From an uncultured Actinomycetes bacterium (GTDB lineage: Bacteria > Actinomycetota > Acidimicrobiia > IMCC26256 > DASPTH01): 64,000 bases of DNA. A model generated the notes under the pieces. It had not been told where the DNA came from and ran no database searches. It worked only from the letters and a program-made list of their open reading frames with translations. Below, piece after piece: positions 31,130 to 44,700 of the stretch. The first letter of the stretch is position 1; every line of letters starts with the position of its first letter. The stretch covers positions 171,470-235,469 of the forward strand of contig CAWJCN010000004.1 in NCBI GenBank assembly GCA_963841415.1. Reading direction: 5' to 3'. The translations under genes and the position numbers were made by a program.

Positions 31130-31734
31130 CTGAAGAATTTCGCCTCGAACTCGGCGCGGCGCTCGTCCCACTCCTCGCGCGTGATGGCATAGCGCACGTG
31201 GTCTTCCCAGACGCCCTGGATCTGCAGGAAGCGGAGCGCGGTTCCCTCGTCGCGCAGGCCCAACTTGTCGGCCACCCGGTGGCTCTTCGAGTTGCGGGGC
31301 ACGATCGCCGCCTCCATGCGGTGGAGGCCGAGCTCCTCGAAGCCGTAGCGCAGCACGATGGCGACCGCGTCGGGCGTGTACCCGCATCCTGCGTAGCGCT
31401 CGTCGACCCAGTAGCCGATGAAGCACGACTGGAACGGGCCCCGCAGCACGCTGCCCAGGCTCACCTCGCCGATGAGCGTGCCGTCGAGCAGGAAGGTGCC
31501 GAAGCCGTACGCGGAGTCGAACTGGCGTTGGCGTTCCCACGCGCCACAACGCGCCCGGAAGGCCTCGCGGTCGACGGTGGGGTCGCGCGTGCCGGGCTCG
31601 GGAAGCGGCTCCCAACGCTCCAACCAATCGCGGCTGCGGATGCGGATGTCACGCCAGGCGTCGTGGTCGCGCACCTCGAGTGGCCGCAGCATGACGCGCG
31701 GGCCGACCAGGGTCGACTCCCGACGTCCTCTCAT
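31126..31734 (-). CDS. GNAT N-acetyltransferase (RimJ/RimL-like)
   Basis: LRPLEVRDHDAW...GYWVDERYAGCGY...LGLHRMEAAIVPRNSKSHRVADKLG. Start is ATG 31734, or alternatively 31752. Confidence 0.8.
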   Translation of the reverse strand: MRGRRESTLVGPRVMLRPLEVRDHDAWRDIRIRSRDWLERWEPLPEPGTRDPTVDREAFRARCGAWERQRQFDSAYGFGTFLLDGTLIGEVSLGSVLRGPFQSCFIGYWVDERYAGCGYTPDAVAIVLRYGFEELGLHRMEAAIVPRNSKSHRVADKLGLRDEGTALRFLQIQGVWEDHVRYAITREEWDERRAEFEAKFFS

Positions 31735-31764
31735 CGCGCGAAGGTTATTCATTAGCCTCGCTGG

Positions 31765-32334
31765 ATGCCCACGAACGACGGCCGGCTGGTCTGGCTCGAC
31801 CTGGAGATGACCGGCCTCGATCTCGAGCGCCACGTGATCGTCGAGATCGCCGCGCTCGTGACCGATGACGAACTCGAGCCGCTCGACGACGGCATCGATC
31901 TCATCGTCCATCAACCAGCAGCCGCGCTCGCCGAGATGGACGACTTCGTGCGCGCCATGCACACCAAGTCGGGACTGTTGCCGGCGATCGAAGCTTCGAC
32001 GCTCGCGCTCGCCGACGCCGGCGCGCAGACGCTCGCGTACGTACGAGGACACGTGCCGACTGCCGGCGTCGCGCCGCTCTGCGGCAACTCGATCGGCGTC
32101 GACCGCCGCTTCCTCGACCGCCAGCTCCCCGAGCTCGACCGCTGGCTGCACTACCGCAGCATCGACGTGTCGAGCTTCAAGGAGCTCTGCCGTCGCTGGT
32201 ATCCCGTGGTGTACAAGGGTCGGCCGGGCAAGACGGAGACGCACCGCGCGCTGGCCGACGTCCGCGAGTCCATCGCCGAGCTGCGCTACTACCGCGAGCA
32301 CATGCTGCTGCCCGCACCCACGGCGCCGCAGTAG
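31765..32334 (+). CDS. orn: Oligoribonuclease
   Basis: LVWLDLEMTGLD...EIAALVTD, and HRALADVRESIAELRYYR at the C-terminus. Confidence 0.9.
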   Translation: MPTNDGRLVWLDLEMTGLDLERHVIVEIAALVTDDELEPLDDGIDLIVHQPAAALAEMDDFVRAMHTKSGLLPAIEASTLALADAGAQTLAYVRGHVPTAGVAPLCGNSIGVDRRFLDRQLPELDRWLHYRSIDVSSFKELCRRWYPVVYKGRPGKTETHRALADVRESIAELRYYREHMLLPAPTAPQ

Positions 32335-32340
32335 TCGCCG

Positions 32341-33435
32341 TCAGAGCAGTTCGCGCAAGGCACCCAGGAGAGTGGTCACCGAACGATCGCGGGCGGAGTG
32401 GCCCATGAGGCCGATCCGCCACGCCTGGCCCGCGAACTTGCCCAGCCCGCCGCCGACCTCGATGCCGTACGTGGTGAGCAGTGCCTTGCGCAGGGTGGCG
32501 TCGTCGGCGCCGTCGGGCAGCCACGCGGTGGTGAGCTCGGGCAGCCGGTGCCCCTCCGGCACGACCAGGCGGAAGCCGAGCGCGGGCAGGGACGCCTGCA
32601 GTCGGGTGCCGGCCGCGCGGTGGCGGGCCCACGCGGCCTCGAGCCCCTCGTCGAGCAGGGCACCGAGCGCGGCGTGGAGCGAGCACACCATCGAGACCGG
32701 TGCAGTGTGGTGGTACACGCGGTTGGCGCCGTCGACGTAGCTCGCGATGAGCGAGACGTCGAGGTACCACGACTGCGGCGGCGCCGTGCGCGATCGCACT
32801 CGCTCCACCACGCGGGGCGAGAACGTCACCGGCGAGAGACCCGGGGGCACGCCGAGGCACTTCTGCGTGCCCGAGTACGCGGCGTCGACGCCCCAGCCGT
32901 CGATCTCGACCGGAATGCCACCCAGCGAGGTGACCGTGTCGACGACGAGGAGCGTGTCGGTGTCGCGCAACCCGCCGAGCGGGGCGACGTCGTTCTCGAC
33001 GCCGGTGGATGTCTCCGCGTGCACGACCGCGACCAGGCGCGCCTGCGGGTGCTCGCGCTGCGCGTCGAGGAGACGCTGCGGGTCGAGCGGCAGGCCCCAC
33101 TCCTCCTCGATGCGGACGACCTCGGCGCCGCAACGACGCGCCACCTCGCACATGCGGTCGCCGAACACGCCGTTGGCGCCGACGATCGCGGTATCGCCCG
33201 GTTCGAGCAGGTTGACGAAGCACGCCTCCATGCCGGCGGAGCCCGTGCCACTCACCGGGAAGGTCAGCTGGTTCTCGGTGCGGAAGACGGTGCGCAGACG
33301 CGCCATCGTCTCGTCCATGATCGCGATGAACTCGGGATCCATGTGCCCGAGCATCGGGCGGCTCAGGGCGGCGACCGCCTCCGGGTACGGGTTCGACGGG
33401 CCGGGCCCGAGCAACAGACGATCCGACATGGGCAT
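32341..33435 (-). CDS. Class V aminotransferase (alanine-glyoxylate/serine-pyruvate type)
   Basis: 364 aa. LLGPGPSNPYPEV..., SGTGSAGMEA, SGTQKCLGVPPGLSP (PLP lysine motif). Confidence 0.85.
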   Translation of the reverse strand: MPMSDRLLLGPGPSNPYPEAVAALSRPMLGHMDPEFIAIMDETMARLRTVFRTENQLTFPVSGTGSAGMEACFVNLLEPGDTAIVGANGVFGDRMCEVARRCGAEVVRIEEEWGLPLDPQRLLDAQREHPQARLVAVVHAETSTGVENDVAPLGGLRDTDTLLVVDTVTSLGGIPVEIDGWGVDAAYSGTQKCLGVPPGLSPVTFSPRVVERVRSRTAPPQSWYLDVSLIASYVDGANRVYHHTAPVSMVCSLHAALGALLDEGLEAAWARHRAAGTRLQASLPALGFRLVVPEGHRLPELTTAWLPDGADDATLRKALLTTYGIEVGGGLGKFAGQAWRIGLMGHSARDRSVTTLLGALRELL

Positions 33436-33485
33436 GCGCGGGAGCCTACGCGCGCGCTCCCCTCACGTTCTGGCGTCCCTGCGCC

Positions 33486-33512
33486 GTGGCGTACACGGCG
33501 GAGGTACGCCAC
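33486..33512 (-). terminator. 9-bp-stem hairpin just after the hypothetical gene stop
   Basis: GTGGCGTAC-N9-GTACGCCAC. There is no U-tract, so terminator function is uncertain. A TAGGCT -10-like hexamer lies 7 nt before the aminotransferase ATG further on. Confidence 0.3.
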
Positions 33513-33527
33513 AACGAGGGAAGAGGC

Positions 33528-34022
33528 TCAGGCGCGGGCGAAGACGGGGAACCAGTGCTGGAGGAGCTGGCTCACCTCGAGCGCGCACTCGTCGCCGGCG
33601 GTCATGCCGCGCGCGACCTCGGCCGCGGCGCGGGCGACGTGGGTGACGTCGATCTCGGGGAGCTCCATCCCCTGCGCCTCGGCGGCGCGCTGCACCGTCT
33701 GCGCCGCGTCCCACGCGGCGCGGGCCGCGTGGCGGCTGCGGTGCGAGTGACGGAGAGCGCGGTCGATGGCGATCGTGGCGTGCCAGGCGTCGACCTCGTC
33801 ACCCACGGTGTCGCTGGCGAGCGAACGCGCGACGTGCTGGATGTCGGCGACCGTGAGCTCGGCGAGGGCGGCGTGGAACTCCATCAGATCCATGCCTGAC
33901 ATTCTCGGCACAACTCGACCTCGAGATGGGGGATTTTCGGGGTCTTGACGAGCAATTCCCGGTGAACGGCATGTTTCCCGACGCGCAGGCCACCTCGCGG
34001 TCGCCGCTCGGACCTGCCTCAT
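33528..34022 (-). CDS. Hypothetical protein
   Basis: The C-terminal 125 aa look coding. Start is ATG 34022 (preceded by the GGAATCGACC element) or ATG 33902. Confidence 0.45.
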   Translation of the reverse strand: MRQVRAATARWPARRETCRSPGIARQDPENPPSRGRVVPRMSGMDLMEFHAALAELTVADIQHVARSLASDTVGDEVDAWHATIAIDRALRHSHRSRHAARAAWDAAQTVQRAAEAQGMELPEIDVTHVARAAAEVARGMTAGDECALEVSQLLQHWFPVFARA

Positions 34023-34072
34023 CGGTCGATTCCGTTGCGCCGTCTCGCCCTCCGGGCACGGCTCCACTTCAT
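34019..34072 (-). CDS. Candidate relay mini-ORF D (MKWSRARRARRRNGIDR)
   Basis: Its ATG overlaps the ppx stop (AGATGAAG). Its TGA overlaps the downstream ATG 34022 (CGATGAGG). It contains the GGAATCGACC element. Confidence 0.35.
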   Translation of the reverse strand: MKWSRARRARRRNGIDR

Positions 34073-34998
34073 CTCGTCTGGCTGCGGACCAGGCCGTCGA
34101 GGATGTCGGCCTCGCTGACCAGCATCTCGTCGAAGCCGAGCACCCGGAAGATGCCCACCAGCACCGCGGTACCGCCCACGATCACGTCGACGCGGCCCGG
34201 TTCGAGCCCGGGGTTGTGGGCGCGCTGCTCGGCGCGCTCGGTGGCGAGCGTCCGGAACACGTCCTCGGCCGCGTCGCGCGTCAACACGAAGTGGTGGATC
34301 TTCTCCGGGTCGTACTCGGGGAGACCCTGCTCGACCGCGGCGACGGTGGTGACAGTGCCCGCGAGGCCGACCAGCGTCGCCGCCTCGGACGCGCCGGGCA
34401 CCAGGCGCGTCACTTCGGCGACGAGGTCGCGCACCGCGGCGACGGCGTTCGACAGCTCTTCGGGCGCGGGGGGATCGGAGTGGAGGTACTGCTCGGTGAT
34501 GCGTACGCACCCCATGTCGAGCGACACCATCCTGTTGGGCGCGTCGGTGCCGAGCACGAACTCGGTGGAGCCGCCGCCGATGTCGACGACGAGATACGGC
34601 GCGGGCGCGTCGAGATCGGCGGTGGCGCCGAGGAACGACAACGCGGCTTCCTCGTCACCGGAGAGCAGCTCGGGCGTGACGCCGAGCGCGGCGTGCGCGG
34701 CGGTGAAGAACTGGTCGCGGTTCGACGAGTCTCGCGCCGCGCTCGTTGCGGTCGCGCGCGCCGTGGTGACGCCGTGTTCGTCGAGCACGGTCCGGTACTC
34801 GCGCAGCACCGCGATCGTGCGCTCGATTGCGTCCGGCGCCAGGGCGCGCGTGCGATCGACGCCCTGCCCGAGTCGGGTGATGCGCATCCGCCGATCGAGC
34901 GGGACGACCTTGGTGTCGCGCGGCGAGGTGCCGTCGACGTCAGCGACCAGGAGCCGGACGGAGTTCGTGCCGATGTCGACCGCAGCGACTCGCTTCAC
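34069..34998 (-). CDS. ppx: Exopolyphosphatase / Ppx-GppA family phosphatase
   Basis: VAAVDIGTNSVRLLVADV motif. GTG 34998 overlaps the DUF501 stop (GTGA); the ORF track extends to 35112. Confidence 0.85.
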   Translation of the reverse strand: MKRVAAVDIGTNSVRLLVADVDGTSPRDTKVVPLDRRMRITRLGQGVDRTRALAPDAIERTIAVLREYRTVLDEHGVTTARATATSAARDSSNRDQFFTAAHAALGVTPELLSGDEEAALSFLGATADLDAPAPYLVVDIGGGSTEFVLGTDAPNRMVSLDMGCVRITEQYLHSDPPAPEELSNAVAAVRDLVAEVTRLVPGASEAATLVGLAGTVTTVAAVEQGLPEYDPEKIHHFVLTRDAAEDVFRTLATERAEQRAHNPGLEPGRVDVIVGGTAVLVGIFRVLGFDEMLVSEADILDGLVRSQTR

Positions 34999-35480
34999 AC
35001 CCGTTCCCCGTCGGGCGCGGTCGCGGTCGTGTGCGCCAGTCGTTCGGCCGTCCAGCGGCCCACTGGGTCGTCGGCCCCTGCCAGCAGGTTGGCGTAGTGG
35101 GCGTGCAGGCACTTGACGCCCTCACGGGTGCCGCCCACCCCGCCCGACGGTCGGGGTCCGGTGTGGTCGGGAGCGATGCTCGCGTCGCGCGCGGCCGCGT
35201 ACGCGTCGTGGGCCGACCGCACAGACACCGGATCCACCGCGGCCTGGGCGTCGCGCACGCCGCCGGCGGCTTCCAGGCGGGAGATCCGCAGGTTGAGGTC
35301 GGGATCGACCAGCCAGTACCGGGTGGGCATCGGCGTGCCGGCGCGAGTGAACGGCGCGTTGCACACCACCACCGGGGCACCGGCGACGTCGCGCACCACC
35401 ACCTCGAAGTCGGCTTGCGGCGCGCGCCCGAGCCGGTCGGTGACCGCGGCGACGTCGTCCGCGTGGTGGACGGGCATCAC
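34995..35480 (-). CDS. DUF501 domain protein
   Basis: 161 aa. PTRYWLVDP...GGVGGTREGVKCLHAHYA family core. Same position as the Rv1025 homologue. Confidence 0.8.
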   Translation of the reverse strand: MMPVHHADDVAAVTDRLGRAPQADFEVVVRDVAGAPVVVCNAPFTRAGTPMPTRYWLVDPDLNLRISRLEAAGGVRDAQAAVDPVSVRSAHDAYAAARDASIAPDHTGPRPSGGVGGTREGVKCLHAHYANLLAGADDPVGRWTAERLAHTTATAPDGERV

Positions 35481-35554
35481 TCGGGTCGATTCCGCTCGGG
35501 CGTCCCAGCCGTCCGGCCACGGCTCCGCGTCATCTCCCGCTTGATGTCCATCAC
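35477..35554 (-). CDS. Candidate relay mini-ORF C (VMDIKREMTRSRGRTAGTPERNRPE)
   Basis: Starts 2 codons after the ftsB TAA, in the same frame. Its TGA overlaps the DUF501 GTG/ATG (GAGTGATG). It carries the GGAATCGACC element. Confidence 0.35.
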   Translation of the reverse strand: MMDIKREMTRSRGRTAGTPERNRPE

Positions 35555-35560
35555 CCCAGT

Positions 35561-38554
<2,994 letters not shown>

Positions 38555-38634
38555 GCCCGACCGGAATAGTTGCGAGCGCAAGTAGGTTGCTGACGCTAAC
38601 CCGAGACGCCACCCGCAGCCCACCGGAGGCCGCC

Positions 38635-39600
38635 ATGCCCGCAGTGACCGTCGACAACCCGCTCGTGCTCCCCCGCATCCCGCGCCCCGACGCGGCGGCG
38701 ACGGTCGCGCGGCCGGCGGTGCGCGCCGTGCCCGCGCACCACGCGATCGAAGGCGCCGGCTTCGAGGTGTGGCGGCCGTTCCCCGGCGGGCTGAGCATGC
38801 ACGACACCGACCCGTTCCTCCTCCTCGACCAGCTCGGCCCGGTCGAGTACGAGCCGAACGAGGCGAAGGGCGCGCCGTGGCACCCGCACCGCGGCTTCGA
38901 GACGGTGACCTACGTGCTCGACGGCGAGATCGCGCACCACGACTCCAACGGTGGCGGTGGCGTGATCGGCGAGGGCGACACGCAATGGATGACCGCGGGT
39001 GGCGGCATCCTGCACGACGAGGTGCCGACCGAGCGCGCGTTGCGCACCGGCGGGCCGTCGCACGGCGTGCAGCTCTGGGTGAACCTGCCGTCGTCGCTGA
39101 AGTTCACGCCGCCCCGGTACCAGGCGATCACCGGTGACCACTTGGTGCTGCTGTCGTCCGACGACGGCGGTGCGCTCGTGCGCCTCATCGCCGGTGAGCT
39201 CGCCGGTCACCCCGGTCCCGGCGACACGCACACGCCGATCACCTACGCGCACGCGACCGTCTCGCCGGGCGCGCAGCTCACCGTGCCGTGGAACCCCGAG
39301 TTCAGCGCGATGGCCTACGTGCTGCTCGGCCAGGGGTACGCAAGCGACGAGGCCAGACCCGTGTCCGACCACCAGCTCGTGGTCTTCGGTCCCGGCGACA
39401 CGCTCACCGTGCGCGCCGCTGACCGCCAGGAGGGCCCGACCGACGTCTTCGAGGTGCTCCTGCTCGGCGGCCTCCCGATCTGCGAGCCCATCGAGCACTA
39501 CGGCCCGTTCGTGATGAACACCCGCGAGGAGATCGTCGAGGCGATCGACGACTTCAACGCCGGCCGCATGGGCACCATCCCCGCCATCGGGCTCGGCTGA
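38635..39600 (+). CDS. Pirin-family protein
   Basis: HPHRGFETVTYVLDGEIAHHDS cupin metal motif, and the C-terminal pirin domain (GPFVMNTREEI). Confidence 0.85.
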   Translation: MPAVTVDNPLVLPRIPRPDAAATVARPAVRAVPAHHAIEGAGFEVWRPFPGGLSMHDTDPFLLLDQLGPVEYEPNEAKGAPWHPHRGFETVTYVLDGEIAHHDSNGGGGVIGEGDTQWMTAGGGILHDEVPTERALRTGGPSHGVQLWVNLPSSLKFTPPRYQAITGDHLVLLSSDDGGALVRLIAGELAGHPGPGDTHTPITYAHATVSPGAQLTVPWNPEFSAMAYVLLGQGYASDEARPVSDHQLVVFGPGDTLTVRAADRQEGPTDVFEVLLLGGLPICEPIEHYGPFVMNTREEIVEAIDDFNAGRMGTIPAIGLG

Positions 39601-39671
39601 GACCGTCCGCCTCATCCAGCAGGTGTGAGTTCGACCCCCGCGGAAGGGGTGGAACTGCAACTTGCTCGGGG

Positions 39672-41102
39672 TCAGGGGTGGGAGGCGGCTTCGAGCCAGA
39701 GGGCGGCGACGGCGGCGGGGTCGAGGGCGGCGAGGTCGACGCCGCGCGCGATCGCCAGCTCCTCCATCGCCTCGAAGCGGCGTCGGTAGTCGGCGGCCCA
39801 GCCACGCAGGGCGGACTCGGCGTCGATGCCGCCGGCGCGGGCCACGACCACCGACGCGGCGAGCACGCGCGCCAGCTCGCGCTCCAGCTCGCCGTCGTGA
39901 GCGCGCAGGCCGGCGAGGGCAGCGTCGATGCGGTCGAGCGCCTCGTCGAGCGTTCCGGGGTCGAGTCCGACCGATGCGGCTTTGCGGAAGAGCTTGTGCG
40001 TGTAGAGCAGCGACGGGAGTCCGGGGGTGATGCCGGCCACGATCGACGTGGTGCCCTTCTCCTCCTTCTTGATCTGCTCCCAGTTGCGCATGACCTCCGC
40101 GGTCTCGTCGGCCACCACGTCGCCGAAGACGTGCGGGTGGCGGCGGACGAGCTTGTCGTGGATGCCGCGTGCGACGTCGGCCATCGTGAACTCACCGGCC
40201 TCCTGCGCGAGCACCGCGTGGAACACCACCTGGTAGAGCAGGTCACCGAGCTCGTCCTCGAGCGGTGCGTACCCGGCCTCGGGCAGGTCGTCGACCGCCT
40301 CGACGACCTCGTACGCCTCTTCGAGCAGGTAGCGGGTGAGCGAGCGGTGCGTCTGCTCGGCGTCCCACGGACACCCTCCCGGGTCGCGCAACCGCTTGGC
40401 CAGCTGGAACAGCCGCACCAGCTCGCGCGCCGAGGCCACCGCCCCGGCGTCGACGAACACCGAGGTGAGGTGGTCGGGCACGACTGCGCCGCGGTCGAGC
40501 TCCTCGAGCGCGACGACCGTGATCTGCTCGTCGGACAGTCCGAGTCGTTGCAGCACCGTCACCGGCGTGTCGGGCCCCAGGTGCTCGAGCAGCGCGAGCT
40601 TCACCTCGGACAGCACGAACGCGTTGTCGCACTGCGCGATCAGGAGGCGGCCCGCGAGCTCGGCGTCGTCGATGGCGCGGCCGTCGACGACGCGGGCGTC
40701 GCCGTCCATCGGGTCGACCCCCAGACGCACCCACGCCAGGTCGGCGAACGACACGCCGGGGACCAGCTCCAGCTCGACCAACGGATCCGCACGCAACAAC
40801 GCCACCGCGCGCTCGGCGACCGCCGGGCTGCCCGGCACCGCGTAGACCACGTCGCGGTCGAACGCCGCCGCCGCGAGCCGAGCTGCGATCTCGGTGTACG
40901 CGGCATCGAGGTCGAGCGCGGTGTCGTACACGTCGTCGAACGACTCGAACTCGAGCCCCGCGGCGACGAGGTCGTCGATCGCGGGATGGCGCAGCGTGCG
41001 CGCGCACCGGTGCGACGCCGACTCCAGTGCCGCCCGCGCCACCGGCAGGAGGTGGTCGGCCCCCGCCGGTCCGAGGCCCACCACGACGACCCGGCCCGGC
41101 AC
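39672..41102 (-). CDS. mazG: MazG nucleoside-triphosphate pyrophosphohydrolase fused to an N-terminal tetrapyrrole-methylase-like (YabN) domain
   Basis: VVVVGLGPAGADHL N-domain. MazG repeats (CPWDAEQTHRSLTRYLLEEAYEVVEA, EELGDLLYQVVFHA). GTG 41102 is preferred; the ORF extends to 41153. Confidence 0.8.
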   Translation of the reverse strand: MPGRVVVVGLGPAGADHLLPVARAALESASHRCARTLRHPAIDDLVAAGLEFESFDDVYDTALDLDAAYTEIAARLAAAAFDRDVVYAVPGSPAVAERAVALLRADPLVELELVPGVSFADLAWVRLGVDPMDGDARVVDGRAIDDAELAGRLLIAQCDNAFVLSEVKLALLEHLGPDTPVTVLQRLGLSDEQITVVALEELDRGAVVPDHLTSVFVDAGAVASARELVRLFQLAKRLRDPGGCPWDAEQTHRSLTRYLLEEAYEVVEAVDDLPEAGYAPLEDELGDLLYQVVFHAVLAQEAGEFTMADVARGIHDKLVRRHPHVFGDVVADETAEVMRNWEQIKKEEKGTTSIVAGITPGLPSLLYTHKLFRKAASVGLDPGTLDEALDRIDAALAGLRAHDGELERELARVLAASVVVARAGGIDAESALRGWAADYRRRFEAMEELAIARGVDLAALDPAAVAALWLEAASHP

Positions 41103-41112
41103 CCGCGCGCTC

Positions 41113-41685
41113 CTAGCTGCCGACGGGGCAGCCGCTCGGCGGGCAGACGCCATGGCGCCCGCGCCAGCTGCCGTAGCGCGGATTCACGTAGATGTCGGCA
41201 CCGCGCAGCGCCTTGGTGAAGAAGGCCTGCTGCTTCGCCTGCGTCGTCAGCCCCATCGCCTGCACGAGCGCGGTGCCGTCGACCAGGACGTCGATGGCGC
41301 TGGACGGTGCATTCGGATATTGCTTCTCGTACTGCGACCGGAGCTGGTCGCTCGTGGACTTCGGCACGCCGACGTCCTGCCGCGCGGCGGCATCGAGCAG
41401 GAGCTGGGTCTGGATCCGCTGGTTGAGCCAACTCGCCGTGACCGACGACGCGATCGAACCGTCGCTCGGGCTGAGGACCGTACCCTGCTTCTCGAGGTTG
41501 GTGGCGATCGTCTTGCTGCCGGCGAGCCACTCGAGCTCGTCGTCGACGGTGGACTGCGAGACCTGCGTGCCGTTGGCCTTGTAGGCGAAGGCCTGCCCAC
41601 CCGCGGCGACCGCGGCGATGGCCGCACCGACCACGCAGAGGACGGTGACGACAGCGACGGCGACGAGGGCGAGACGACTTCTCAC
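41113..41685 (-). CDS. Membrane-anchored hypothetical protein (SurA N-terminal-domain-like)
   Basis: GTG 41685 gives VRSRLALVAVAVVTVLCVVGAAIAAV (signal/anchor). Conserved position between mfd and mazG. Confidence 0.5.
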   Translation of the reverse strand: MRSRLALVAVAVVTVLCVVGAAIAAVAAGGQAFAYKANGTQVSQSTVDDELEWLAGSKTIATNLEKQGTVLSPSDGSIASSVTASWLNQRIQTQLLLDAAARQDVGVPKSTSDQLRSQYEKQYPNAPSSAIDVLVDGTALVQAMGLTTQAKQQAFFTKALRGADIYVNPRYGSWRGRHGVCPPSGCPVGS

Positions 41686-41750
41686 GTTGGTCGATTCCGT
41701 TCCCGCGTCCCGGCCATCCGGCCACGCCTCCACTGCATCTCGCGGCTCAT
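41682..41750 (-). CDS. Candidate relay mini-ORF B (MSREMQWRRGRMAGTRERNRPT)
   Basis: Its ATG overlaps the mfd stop (CCATGAGC). Its TGA overlaps the downstream GTG (ACGTGAGA). It carries the GGAATCGACC element. Confidence 0.4.
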   Translation of the reverse strand: MSREMQWRRGRMAGTRERNRPT

Positions 41751-44700
41751 GGCGCTGCGGAGGCTAGCGCGGGCGCCGCCGCGGCCGAGTCCGGGGGTGG
41801 CGGCGGGAGCAGGTCCTGCAGGAGGTCGACCAGCGTCGTCGCGACCTCCGCGGCCGCGGCCGTCACCGGCACGACCAGTTCGTCGTCCTTCGGCACTGCC
41901 TTGGGCACCAACCGGCGCAACCGGACCTTCTGCGACTCCTTGAGTGCGACGCCCACGATGCGCGCCAGGTTGCGCTGCACGGTGATGCTCCGGATGCCGA
42001 GCCGCACGCACTCCACCCGGAGCCGGGCCACGTCGAGCAACGCCACGGCCGACGGTGGTGGCGGGCCGTAACGGTCTTCCCACTCGGCCCGCACGTCCTC
42101 GACGTCGTCGTCCGACGTGACCGCGGCGAGGCGCCGGTACGCCTCCATGCGCACGTCGTCGCGCTGCACGTAGTCGCGTGGCAGGTTGGCGTCGACCGGG
42201 ACGTCGATGGTGATCTCGACGGGTTCGGGCACCGGTTCGCCCTTCAGCTCACCCACCGCCTCGGTGACCATCTGGCAGTAGAGGTCGAAGCCGACGGCGG
42301 CGATGTGGCCCGACTGCGCCTGCCCGAGCAGGTTGCCGGCGCCGCGGATCTCCAGGTCGCGCATGGCGATCTTGAAGCCGGATCCGAGGTCGGTGAACTC
42401 GCCGATGGTCTTGAGTCGTTCGTAGGCCTCCTCGGACAGCACGCGGTCGGCCGGGTGGAACAGGTACGCGTAGGCGCGCTGACCGCGCCGACCGACCCGG
42501 CCGCGGAGTTGGTACATCTGCGCGAGACCGAGCATGTCGGAGCGATCCACGACCAACGTGTTGACCGTGGGCATGTCGATGCCGCTCTCGACGATCGTGG
42601 TGCACACGAGCACGTCGAACTCGCGCTCGGCGAACTCGAGCACGACCCGCTCGAGCCGACTCTCGTCCATCTGCCCGTGGGCGACGGCGACGCGCGCATC
42701 GGGCACGAGCGCACGCACGTTCTCGGCGACGAGCTCGATGTCGCGCACGCGATTGTGCACGTAGAACACCTGGCCCTCGCGCAGCAATTCGCGCCGGATC
42801 GCCTCGGCCGCGGCGCGGTCGTCGTACTCGCCGACGTAGGTGAGGATCGGTTGGCGGTCCTCGGGCGGCGTGTTCACCAACGACAGATCGCGGATGCCCG
42901 TGAGCGACAGCTCCAGCGTGCGGGGGATCGGAGTGGCGGTGAGCGTGAGGACGTCGACGTTCGTTGCGAGCTGCTTGATGAGCTCCTTGTGCTGCACCCC
43001 GAAGCGTTGCTCCTCGTCGACGACGAGCAACCCGAGGTTCTTGGGCTTCACGTCGGTCGACAGGAGACGGTGCGTGCCGATGAGCACGTCGACCGCGCCC
43101 GACTCGAAGTCGCGCACGACTGCCGTCTGCTCCCTGGCGGAGAGGAAGCGCGACAGGACCTCGACGCGCACGGGGTAGTTGGCGAAGCGCTCGCGGAACG
43201 TCTGGCCGTGCTGACCCGCGAGCAGCGTGGTCGGTACGAGGATGACGACCTGGGTGCCGTCCTGCACCGCCTTGAACGCGGCCCGCACCGCGACCTCGGT
43301 CTTGCCGTACCCGACATCGCCACACACGAGGCGGTCCATGGGGATCGGCCGCTCCATGTCGCCCTTCACGTCGTTGATGGCCTGGAGCTGGTCGGGCGTC
43401 TCCTCGAACGGGAACGCCTCCTCGACCTCGTGCTGCCACGGCGTGTCCGGGCCGAAGGCGCGCCCCGGCGTGGCGAGGCGCCGGCGGTACAGCACGATCA
43501 GCTCCTCGGCGATCTCGCGCACCGCGCTGCGGACTCGTGCCCGCTGCTTCTCGAAGTCGGCGCCACCCATGCGGTTGAGCGAGGGCGTCTCGCCGCCGGT
43601 GTACTTGCGCACGAAGCCCACCTGGTCGGTGGGCACGTACACCTTGCCGTCCCTGAACTCGAGCCAGAGGTAGTCGCGCTCGACGCCGCCCATCGTGAGC
43701 GGCTTCATCTCCAGGTAGCGACCGACGCCGTGCTGGTGGTGCACGACGTAGTCGCCGGGCTCGAGCGCGTCGTAGTAGTCCTGGCCGCGGCGCGCGCCGC
43801 GTGCGCGACGGTGGACGCGTCGACGGCCGGTGAGGTCGGCTTCGGCGACGACCGCGAGGTGCGCAGCGGGCAGCACCACACCGCGTTCGAGTGGAGCGAC
43901 GCGGATGCGCACCGCGCCGGGCGCGGGTTCGCCGTCGCCGGCGTCGAGGCCCTCACCGGCGAGGATGTCGCGCAGACGCTGCGCGGAGCCGGTGCCCTCG
44001 GCGGCGAGCACGACGCGGTAACCCTCGCCCGCGAGCGCGCGCAGACGGCGCGCCGAGCGCGTCGGCGTCGCCCACGACCGGATCGAACGCGCTGGCGGCG
44101 ACACGCGGCGTGTCGGGACCCTCGGGAGTCGCCAGCAACGACACCGCGCCGGCACGCGTGTTCGCGAGGAGGCGGTCGAACTCCAGCGAGAGGCGAGGGA
44201 GGTCGCGCACCTCGCCCGCGCCCCACGTGACCGCGAGCGTGGACGCCAGCGACGCCTCTTCGTCCAGCAGCTCCTGGGCGCGGTCGCGCATGCGCTTGGG
44301 CTCGACCAGCAACACGAGCGCGTCGTCGGGCAGGAGGTCGGTGAGCAGGTGCTCGCGGTCGGTGAGCCACGGCAGCCACGACTCCATGCCGTCGAACAGC
44401 TGCCCTTCGGCGAGGCGCTCCCACTGCTCGCGACCCCACGGCTGGCGGGCGACGAGCGCGGCGGCGCGCTCGCGCACGTCGTCGGTGGGCAGCAGCTCCC
44501 GGGTGGGGAACACGCACACCTCGTCGACGTCGTGCGTGGAGCGCTGGTCGGCGACCGAGAACGCCGAGAGCCGGTCGACTTCGTCGCCCCAGAGGTCGAT
44601 GCGGACCGGGTGGTCGTCGGTCGACGGGTACACGTCGACGATCGAGCCCCGCACCGCGACCTCGCCCCGTGCTTCCACCTGGTACTCGCGGCGGTAGCCA